From positions 244,862 to 308,861 of the forward strand of contig OY970382.1 in the NCBI GenBank assembly GCA_963719425.1: DNA of 64,000 bases. The letters run 5' to 3'. The stretch is from an uncultured bacterium (GTDB lineage: Bacteria; Patescibacteriota; Minisyncoccia; UBA6257; 2-01-FULL-56-20). Below are positions 56,807 through 64,000 of the stretch, in pieces (the first letter of the stretch is position 1; every line of letters starts with the position of its first letter). The translations under genes and the position numbers were made by a program. The notes under the pieces were generated by a model that ran no database searches, was not told the DNA's origin, and saw nothing but the letters and a program-made list of their open reading frames with translations.

Positions 56807-58636
56807 ATGTGCGGGATTGTGGGGTATAAAGGGGACAAACAGGCGGCGCCTATACTGCTGGACGGCTTGAAGCGCCTGGAATATCGTGGTTACGATTCCG
56901 CCGGCTTGAATGTCATTGACGGCAACGCTGTGGCGAAAACCGTGAAATCGGTTGGGAAAGTAAGCGCGCTTGAAGAGCTTGCAAAGAATGCCGATTTGAA
57001 CGGGAATATCGGGATTGCGCACACGCGGTGGGCGACGCACGGGATTCCGTCCCAAAAAAATGCCCATCCTCATTCCGACTGCAAAGAAGAAATTTTCATT
57101 GTGCATAACGGGATCGTAGAAAATTACCGGGAACTCAAAGAACAACTCGTAAAGGAGGGTCATGTTTTTTCTTCAGAGACCGACTCCGAAGTGATTGCGC
57201 ACCTTGTTGAGAAGTTTTTTAAAACCGACCTTGAGGATGCGGTGATAGAGGCCTTGAAAATCGTGAAAGGCACCTATGGCCTCATCGTTATTTCAAAGAA
57301 GGAGCCCGGCACGATGGTTGTGGCGAGGAACTCGTCGCCGATCGTGATCGGAATGGGAAACAATGAATTCGTGGTTGCCTCTGACGCATCGGCGATTTTG
57401 ACGCATACCAAACAGGTTGCGTATTTGAATGACGGGGAAGCGGCGGTGATAGATTCCCGCGGGATACGCTTTACGAACTTGGCTCGGGAAAAGCTGCTGA
57501 AGCGCGCGGTGACGCTTGAGTGGAGCATCAAAGAAGCGAAAAAAGGCGGATACCCTCATTTCATGCTCAAAGAAATATTTGAACAGCCGGAGAGCGTAAA
57601 AATCTCAATGGCGGGCAGGATGGTAGAAAGCGAAGGATTGGCAAAGCTCGGCGGGTTGGAAAGCGTGGAAAAAAGATTGAGAGAAGTGGAAAGAATTATC
57701 ATCGTGGGCTGCGGAACGGCCTACTTTGCGGGATTGGTCGGGGAATACATGCTTGAGGAATATGCGGGCATTCCGGTGGAGGTTGAGTACGCATCTGAAT
57801 TCAGATACCGAAAACCCGTTTTAGACAAAAATACCGCTCTTCTCTGCATCTCCCAGTCGGGAGAAACGGCGGATACCTTAGCCGCCCTGAACGAGGCGAA
57901 GAGAAAAGGCGTTTTGACTCTGGGAATCGTAAATGTCGTTGGTTCCACGATCGCGCGGGAAACGGATGCCGGAGTGTACAATCACATCGGCCCGGAAATT
58001 GGCGTGGCTTCAACCAAGGCATTCACTTCGCAGTTGGTCATATTGGCGCTCCTTACCTTGTTTTTAGGGAGGCAACGAGCGATGTCTCTCGCAACCGGCC
58101 AGAGGATGATAAGAGAGTTGAAACGCCTGCCTGATGCAATGAAGATGGTTCTCAAGAGAGAGAGCCAAATAAAGAAACTGGCTGAAAAATATCATCGCTA
58201 CGGAAACTTCTTGTACATAGGAAGGAAATATAATTTCCCCATTGCGCTTGAAGGTGCTTTGAAGCTCAAGGAGGTGTCCTATCTCCATTCGGAAGGGTAT
58301 GGCGCCGGCGAGATGAAGCATGGCCCCATTGCGCTTATCAATGAGAATTTCCCAACGGTGGGGATAGCCCCATCGGACAGCGTCTATGAAAAGATGATTT
58401 CAAATCTTGAGGAGGTGAAGGCAAGAAAGGGACCGATTATCGCGATCGCCTCGGAAGGCGACGAAGCAATCAAAAGGATATCCGACGATGTGATTTATAT
58501 TCCCAAAACGCTGGAGATGCTCACCCCCATCGTATCGGTAGTGCCCCTGCAATTATTCGCGTATTATTGCAGCGTCTTGAACGGCGTGGATCCGGATAAG
58601 CCCAGAAACTTGGCAAAGAGCGTTACGGTTGAGTAG
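56807..58636 (+). CDS. glmS: Glutamine--fructose-6-phosphate transaminase
   Basis: MCGIVG, LEYRGYDSAG, HTRWATHG, SQSGET, PRNLAKSVTVE. Confidence 0.98.
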   Translation: MCGIVGYKGDKQAAPILLDGLKRLEYRGYDSAGLNVIDGNAVAKTVKSVGKVSALEELAKNADLNGNIGIAHTRWATHGIPSQKNAHPHSDCKEEIFIVHNGIVENYRELKEQLVKEGHVFSSETDSEVIAHLVEKFFKTDLEDAVIEALKIVKGTYGLIVISKKEPGTMVVARNSSPIVIGMGNNEFVVASDASAILTHTKQVAYLNDGEAAVIDSRGIRFTNLAREKLLKRAVTLEWSIKEAKKGGYPHFMLKEIFEQPESVKISMAGRMVESEGLAKLGGLESVEKRLREVERIIIVGCGTAYFAGLVGEYMLEEYAGIPVEVEYASEFRYRKPVLDKNTALLCISQSGETADTLAALNEAKRKGVLTLGIVNVVGSTIARETDAGVYNHIGPEIGVASTKAFTSQLVILALLTLFLGRQRAMSLATGQRMIRELKRLPDAMKMVLKRESQIKKLAEKYHRYGNFLYIGRKYNFPIALEGALKLKEVSYLHSEGYGAGEMKHGPIALINENFPTVGIAPSDSVYEKMISNLEEVKARKGPIIAIASEGDEAIKRISDDVIYIPKTLEMLTPIVSVVPLQLFAYYCSVLNGVDPDKPRNLAKSVTVE

Positions 58637-58664
58637 AGATCTTTCCTAATGCTGCCCTTGTCGC

Positions 58665-59018
58665 TTACTCCCGTTTTCCCCTTGGGCCCTTTCCCAAAAT
58701 CGCATCGAGTAGTTTCCGCTCTGACTTTGTGAGGGGAGGTTCATTTCGAATTGATTCGCGAGTAAGAATTCGCCAGGTAACACTTTTAAGAGCGCTTTTT
58801 CTTTTCTGTTCTTCAGAATAATCACCCCAATATCGAAAAGGTACTTCATCAACCCGCGCATTCGCATCTTGGATAACCCGCTGGATTTCATCCTCTGTTA
58901 TTCCCTTAAGCACGCGCTCCCTCAGGGACGCACCTGCCTTTCGCCACTCTTCATGCTGCTCAAGTTCACGTGCCGCTTCTTCTCGCAAGGACATCTTTGG
59001 CCCTCCTTCCATATTCAT
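58665..59018 (-). CDS. Hypothetical protein
   Basis: 117-aa charged helical ORF; TATACT-like box just upstream. Confidence 0.65.
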   Translation of the reverse strand: MNMEGGPKMSLREEAARELEQHEEWRKAGASLRERVLKGITEDEIQRVIQDANARVDEVPFRYWGDYSEEQKRKSALKSVTWRILTRESIRNEPPLTKSERKLLDAILGKGPRGKRE

Positions 59019-59121
59019 ATGAGGAGTATATCAACTGAAGATATTTTTGGTCAATTGTAGGAGCCATCAATTCCCAACTCACTTCCCATAGGGAAAAAGC
59101 GGAAAAAGTAGGTTTACGGGG

Positions 59122-59167
59122 TTATCCACAGGAGGTATTGACTTTTTTGTAACTCGGAGCGTACAAT
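59122..59167 (+). promoter_or_regulatory. DnaA-box plus sigma70 promoter with no downstream ORF
   Basis: TTATCCACA 59122-59130; TTGACT 59138-59143, 18 nt, TACAAT 59162-59167. Confidence 0.6.
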
Positions 59168-59181
59168 ACTAGTGTCATTCG

Positions 59182-59213
59182 GAAAACGCCACGCTTCGTG
59201 GCGTTTTCTATTT
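59182..59213. terminator. Bidirectional terminator hairpin at the NYN gene 3' end
   Basis: gaaaacgccacg-ctt-cgtggcgttttc. Confidence 0.8.
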
Positions 59214-59216
59214 ATG

Positions 59217-59843
59217 TTAGTTTGTCGGCACCACGTCTCTTTTAATTCTAAACTTCAGCGAATCAATATCTATAAGATCAACTTGTGTAGGAAATTCCCG
59301 AAAGAGATCTTTTAATTTTTTTGCTAATCTTTTATTTGGTATTGTTACACCAAGAGGCATAAAACTTTTACTGCTAGAAACTATATGAACTTTGCTCACG
59401 CCCTTGTCCAAAGACTTTCTCACTAAAGGTGCGAAATCTCCATCTCCGGTGAAAAAATAAAACTCATTGTCCGCTCCGGCGTTTTCAAGTGCATCTATGG
59501 TTAAATCAACATCACAATTTCCTTTCCTTTCATATCCCATATCTACTATAACAACATTATTTTCTCCACACTTTGAACATTGATTATTTACCATCCGATT
59601 CGGCTTTTTATAAATCTGTATCGTCTTCGTTCTTACTATGCCACAATCAAGCTTGGAAATGGAATCAAACTCTCTCGCTGTTGTATCATCACCATTTTCA
59701 ATCCCTGCATAAAAGAACGTTTTTTCGCAGCCCCATTCTATTTTCAGATACACACACAATTTGTGCCAATCCACCGAAAAACCGCATAGCTTGTGCGTTG
59801 TTCCCTCAGTGTTGTGAATATCAACAAACGCGAATTTTGCCAC
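59217..59843 (-). CDS. NYN/LabA (PIN-like) domain protein with CxxC insertion
   Basis: FVDIHN, KGNCDVDLTIDA, FTGDGDFAPLV; CSKCG insert; AT-rich. Confidence 0.88.
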   Translation of the reverse strand: MAKFAFVDIHNTEGTTHKLCGFSVDWHKLCVYLKIEWGCEKTFFYAGIENGDDTTAREFDSISKLDCGIVRTKTIQIYKKPNRMVNNQCSKCGENNVVIVDMGYERKGNCDVDLTIDALENAGADNEFYFFTGDGDFAPLVRKSLDKGVSKVHIVSSSKSFMPLGVTIPNKRLAKKLKDLFREFPTQVDLIDIDSLKFRIKRDVVPTN

Positions 59844-59972
59844 GCACCCATTTTACTATAAAAATCGATAAAAATCGACAACTAGCAATTTTAGGGTAAC
59901 TTTGTATATCATTCCCGAAAAATCCCCACTGGAGGGATTTTATTCTGACTCTTCAAAGCATCTTCTGCTTGC

Positions 59973-60749
59973 TTATGGAGGTGCCGAAATGCCGGCGTCG
60001 CGCACGAGTGCGAGAAAGTCGTTATGGATGACGCCGTTTGAGGCGATGAAGAAATTTTCTTCAAAGTGCCACGGGTTGCCGTAGAAGTCGGTGGCCATCC
60101 CGCCACCTTCTTGGACGAGGAGCATCCCGCCCGCATAGTCCCATTTTGCGTTCCCTAAGCTTATGAACCCCTCCGTGCCGCCGCGCGCGAGGATGGCAAG
60201 TTCAAGTGCGGCGGAGCCGACGTAGCGATAGGTTTTCACGTGGTTGGGGCTTTCACGAAAGAGCGCCGCGAGTTTTTCCTTGACACCGGGAATTCTCCCG
60301 ACGCCTGCGGTGATCATCGCGGCGTCTTTTCCCTGCGACGAAACGTGCGAGCGTATTCCGTTGGACCAAAGCCCTTTGCCCCGTTCCGCGTGGACGAGAA
60401 GATTGATGAGAGGATTGTGGACGACGGCGCACTCAATGATGCCGTCTTTCACAAGTGCGACGGAGACCGCCCAGAGCGGGAGGCCATTCACGAAGTTCGC
60501 GGTGCCATCCAGCGGATCAATAACCCAGGTATAGGGCGACTTGTTTTCCGATGCCCCCGTTTCTTCGGCGAGAAAGGCATGATCAGGAAATCGCGACTTG
60601 AGAACGCCAAGGATCGCGTCCTCGGACTCGCGGTCGGCCTTCGTGACGAAAGTTTTGTCGTCTTTCACCTCGTGCTCAAGCTCGGTCTCAAAGTAACCGA
60701 GGAGAATATCGCCGCCCTTCTTCGCTGCTTCAATGGCAGTTTCTATCAT
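59973..60749 (-). CDS. Inositol monophosphatase family protein (possible IMPase/FBPase)
   Basis: VTKADRESE, AEET, WVIDPLDGTANF, GSAAL, WDYAGG; ATGA-coupled to the aldolase. Confidence 0.92.
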   Translation of the reverse strand: MIETAIEAAKKGGDILLGYFETELEHEVKDDKTFVTKADRESEDAILGVLKSRFPDHAFLAEETGASENKSPYTWVIDPLDGTANFVNGLPLWAVSVALVKDGIIECAVVHNPLINLLVHAERGKGLWSNGIRSHVSSQGKDAAMITAGVGRIPGVKEKLAALFRESPNHVKTYRYVGSAALELAILARGGTEGFISLGNAKWDYAGGMLLVQEGGGMATDFYGNPWHFEENFFIASNGVIHNDFLALVRDAGISAPP

Positions 60750-61765
60750 TGTGCAGCGTATTTCCCCTCGCGTGCAAGCGCGGTTTCCCGTACCCGCGTC
60801 GCAAAGATTTCTTGGGCCTTTGCAACATTGGCATCCTGCCCCGCCCACGCGTCCATGGCAGGCTCTTGTAGCGCGCGGGCGTAGGAAAAAGAAAGTTGCC
60901 AGGGATATTCTCCCGTTTTTACCGTCGCGCTCTGAACGATCACATTCAAGTTCTCGGTTGCCTCGCGGGGGGATTGGCCTCCCGAGAGGAAGACGATGCC
61001 GGGGATTTCGGGCGGCACCGACGCCTTGAGCGCGCGGAGCGTGGCCGCCGCCACTTCCTGCGGCGTCGCCCTTATGCCCGATTCTTTTCCCGGGAGCGCC
61101 ATGCTGCTTTTCAAGATTACGCCTGGGAGGGAGACGCGATATTTTTTGAGCGCGGCAAAGACCGTCGTGAGCGTTCGTACGAGCGCCGCTTCGGATTGAG
61201 CGAGGGTATGATCGCCGTCAATCAGCACTTCCGGCTCCACAATGGGCACGAGCCCCGCCTCCTCCGAAAGCACGGCATATTGCGCAAGCAGATATGCGTT
61301 CGCTTCAAGGCATTCCGCCGTGGGGATTCCATTCCCGATTTTCATAACCGCGCGCCACTTTGTGAAGCGCGCACCCATTGTTGCATATTCCTGAAGCCGC
61401 TTCAGAAGCCCGTCCAGCCCCTCCGTCACTTTCTCTTCGGGAAAGTTCGGAAGCGCGACCGTCCCCTTGTCCACCTTGATCCCGACCGCGATGCCGCGCT
61501 TCGCGAGAACTTCCCGCAAAGGAGTGCCGTCCTTAGCGTTTTGCCGAATGGTTTCATCATAGAGAATTACGCCGCCAAGGCCTTTCTCAATTTCCAGTGC
61601 CGTAAAGAGAAGCTCGCGCCATCGCCGCCGCATCTCTTCGCTTTGCGGGATGTTGCGCGCGGCAAAGCGCTTATCGGCCGTGCCCGTGCTTTCGTCCGCC
61701 GCTAGGATACCTTTTCCTGGCGCAAGGAGGCGCGACACGGTTTCTTGAAGTGAGTGAATATCCAC
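60746..61765 (-). CDS. Fructose-bisphosphate aldolase, class I
   Basis: KGILAADES, GIKVDKG, KWRAV, PIVEPEV, LKSSM, FLSGGQS, FSYARALQ. Confidence 0.96.
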   Translation of the reverse strand: MDIHSLQETVSRLLAPGKGILAADESTGTADKRFAARNIPQSEEMRRRWRELLFTALEIEKGLGGVILYDETIRQNAKDGTPLREVLAKRGIAVGIKVDKGTVALPNFPEEKVTEGLDGLLKRLQEYATMGARFTKWRAVMKIGNGIPTAECLEANAYLLAQYAVLSEEAGLVPIVEPEVLIDGDHTLAQSEAALVRTLTTVFAALKKYRVSLPGVILKSSMALPGKESGIRATPQEVAAATLRALKASVPPEIPGIVFLSGGQSPREATENLNVIVQSATVKTGEYPWQLSFSYARALQEPAMDAWAGQDANVAKAQEIFATRVRETALAREGKYAAQ

Positions 61766-62126
61766 GTACTCAAGTATATCAAAGACAGCCTTTCAAAGAC
61801 ATCAGGCCCCCCCCTTGCCCTCCGCACGCATTGATTTTCCTAAAAATTTTCGCCTTGACTTGAGTGAACAGGCGACGAGGCGTATGATGAAAATGATAAA
61901 GAAATGAGAGGCGGCAAAAAAACAAAAATCAAGCGCAACCGGAAAGCGCGGCCAAAGTTTAATAGTCGGGTTATTTACCCATCAGAAAGAAGGAGATGAT
62001 ACAGGAACTAAGAGACCTGGTCGAATTTCTAGTCTAGAACGCCACGAACGTTACGCGCGCATAAACGCTTGGTTTTACAAAAAACCACCGCTGAGAAAGC
62101 AAAGCTTACCTGATGATTGAGAATAG

Positions 62127-62399
62127 CAGCAGATAGAGCGGGCGTTGCTCCCGGTGATTCCGTTCACGGCCGCGAAGGACAGACGAACGCGGCTTGAGGT
62201 GATCGCGCCGTACGTGAAGAACGGCATGGTGCTCTTCCCGCGCACGGGTTGCGAGGAACTTTTGCAGCAGATTTTCTCGCTCGGAGCGGAGAAGCACGAC
62301 GATCTCTGTGACGCCTTCGTGTGGTTCGTTTGGGGCATGGCCATCACCCATGATCAAGCCAGCCAGCACGTTTGCTTTAATAAATCCTTAAGCGTATAA
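62127..62399 (+). pseudogene. C-terminal fragment of a phage terminase large subunit
   Basis: KDRRTRL..APYVKNGMVLFP..EKHDDLCDAF nuclease-tail motif; in-frame stop at 62124 and no ATPase domain. Confidence 0.7.
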
Positions 62400-62408
62400 C
62401 TAAACTAT

Positions 62409-62741
62409 ATGAGCAAGGGCTTTGGCATTGCGGCGTTGGTTCTTGCGATACTTGGCATCTTTGTCCCCATTGTTTCCATTTATGTTGTGTGGCTTGCCCT
62501 CATTCTAACCGCCGTAGCCGCCTTTGCTGGAGACAGGTCGTTGAGCATCGCCGCGTTCGTTATTTGTTTGGTCAACGTGCTCTTTCTGAGTCCTGCTACA
62601 TTGGTTGAGTTCGGGGCTAAACAGGGTGGTTCCGGCCTTGCGACATTCACCGTGATTCTTTTTGTAATCCCGCTCATCGGATTTATTGTGAAATACAAGA
62701 AGAAACCACTGACAACTGGCGAGAAACAAAAAAGCGTATAG
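62409..62741 (+). CDS. Small multi-pass membrane protein
   Basis: Four hydrophobic segments; TATAAC box upstream. Confidence 0.8.
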   Translation: MSKGFGIAALVLAILGIFVPIVSIYVVWLALILTAVAAFAGDRSLSIAAFVICLVNVLFLSPATLVEFGAKQGGSGLATFTVILFVIPLIGFIVKYKKKPLTTGEKQKSV

Positions 62742-62752
62742 TCTCTGTAAAT

Positions 62753-63277
62753 ATGAATTATTGCAAAAAATGCGGGGACCAGGTTAAGGCAGATGATGAT
62801 TTTTGTCCATCTTGCGGCATAAAAGTTTCGAATACAGAAAAAAGAGCCATCGCCCGGCCGGGCTGGCTGAAGAGAAGATGGGTGAAGTATGCAATAGCCC
62901 TTGTTGCACTGGTAGCCATACTCTGCCTTTTCAGTTTCTACATTTGGCAGCAAGTGGCAGTGGTGGTGACATTTAATTCGGGTGTAACGGAAAGCGCCGC
63001 ATTACAAACTCTCTCGAAATATGTTGGAGGAATAGAATCAAGAACGCCGCGAGATTACGACTATAATTTTTTTCGCGTGTTCAACGGGTTTAAAATGAAC
63101 GCGATTGAATTTGCAACATGCAGGTTGTGTGGGTACGTAATGGAAGGCCACATTGCAGCGGAGACGGGCGTTCGAAAGACGATTATCGTTGAACATCCTC
63201 CCACGATGCAGGAAGATCAAGAATTTTACAACAAGTATTTTGCATCTCAGATTACGACCACGACAAATGTTCAATAA
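62753..63277 (+). CDS. Zinc-ribbon plus TM protein
   Basis: MNYCKKCG..DDFCPSCG followed by a TM helix. Confidence 0.8.
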   Translation: MNYCKKCGDQVKADDDFCPSCGIKVSNTEKRAIARPGWLKRRWVKYAIALVALVAILCLFSFYIWQQVAVVVTFNSGVTESAALQTLSKYVGGIESRTPRDYDYNFFRVFNGFKMNAIEFATCRLCGYVMEGHIAAETGVRKTIIVEHPPTMQEDQEFYNKYFASQITTTTNVQ

Positions 63278-64000
63278 GCCGAATCTTCTTCTATTATTTG
63301 CTGCTTGTACGATCGTGGTTGTTGGATTCTCATTCCGTCAGCCGGTTGCGAATGCAAGCATTTGGGACGCTTTTACGAATCTATTCAATTTTGCCCAAAA
63401 CGGCAACCAAGCGGTCAGCGCGGTTTCAAACGCCGCAAATCAAGGCGTTGTCTCTGCGCAGGTTGAAGCGCAATTGAAGGCAAGCGGTCGCTGGGATGAT
63501 GCACAATCTCTCATTGACGGGGTGTGCGGACCGAGCGATTCAGCCTGCGCCGACCACATCATGGCCTATTACGTCGGATTGGATGAGGTCAGCAATCCAA
63601 ACTCTTCATTTAACCAATCCGTATCAAATGCCATAAACGCGGATGCCTCTCTGCAAACGTCTTTAGGAACAATAGGCGTTTCGAATAACATCGCACCATC
63701 AGTTCAAGAAATTGCGGCGCCATCGCCATGGTTGCAGATAGCCAAAATCGTCAGCAACGTGATCGACGGGACAAAAGCGGCCTTAAATCTAGTCGGCCAT
63801 CAACAGCCCAACGCAACAGTCGCACAAGGAAATTCCTCGGCTGCGTCTCTGCCACAGAATAATCCGTCCTCCCCACCGCCGCCGACTTTGCTTCCTAAAG
63901 TGCCGCCGTCCGTAAACAATCCACTCATTCCTACTCCACCCGCGCAATCGGGGAATTATGACATCACCGCACTGGTAGTCGATCAGTTCGACAATCCGGT
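63267..64000 (+). CDS. Secreted hypothetical protein (partial, runs off the window)
   Basis: MFNKPNLLLLFAACTIVVVGFSFRQPVANASIWDAF..; open to the window end with a Pro-rich linker. Confidence 0.75.
   Translation, partial: MFNKPNLLLLFAACTIVVVGFSFRQPVANASIWDAFTNLFNFAQNGNQAVSAVSNAANQGVVSAQVEAQLKASGRWDDAQSLIDGVCGPSDSACADHIMAYYVGLDEVSNPNSSFNQSVSNAINADASLQTSLGTIGVSNNIAPSVQEIAAPSPWLQIAKIVSNVIDGTKAALNLVGHQQPNATVAQGNSSAASLPQNNPSSPPPPTLLPKVPPSVNNPLIPTPPAQSGNYDITALVVDQFDNP

Noticed and set aside
59122-59130. oriC
   Set aside because: A single DnaA box, with no cluster and no dnaA/dnaN nearby

Overview
Bacterial chromosomal window whose gene content and style suggest Patescibacteria/CPR (Parcubacteria-like); this assignment is inference. 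Left to right: ABC/efflux genes and msrA; a 3941-aa secreted adhesin-like protein carrying a polysaccharide deacetylase domain and a ~7.5 x 450-bp near-perfect tandem repeat; a GT2 synthase/nucleotide-sugar cassette; and a secreted peptidoglycan-binding protein. Next is a ~15-kb locus in which two VirD4/TraG-like ATPases enclose five tandem ~580-aa Cys-rich zinc-ribbon/solenoid paralogs. That locus also holds a membrane HEPN-like protein, an orphan PemK/MazF toxin and an upstream candidate sRNA. Then come a complete de novo pyrimidine pathway (carA, carB, pyrE, pyrF, pyrD, pyrC, pyrB), glmS, an orphan NYN nuclease, a class I aldolase plus IMPase/FBPase, and a terminase fragment. The best candidates for undescribed biology are four: (1) the ATPase-bracketed Cys-rich array, whose members share a CxxC-x17-CxxC module with the distal ATPase; (2) two orphan RNase genes, each faced tail-to-tail by a near-consensus promoter driving a tiny hairpin RNA (possible RNA antitoxins); (3) an aromatic-rich leader-peptide attenuator in front of an orphan gene; (4) leaderless gene architecture with a shared (A/G)GGTCG motif in the leadered genes. 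No rRNA, tRNA, CRISPR array, transposase or reverse transcriptase was recognised. All RNA structures were paired by eye.
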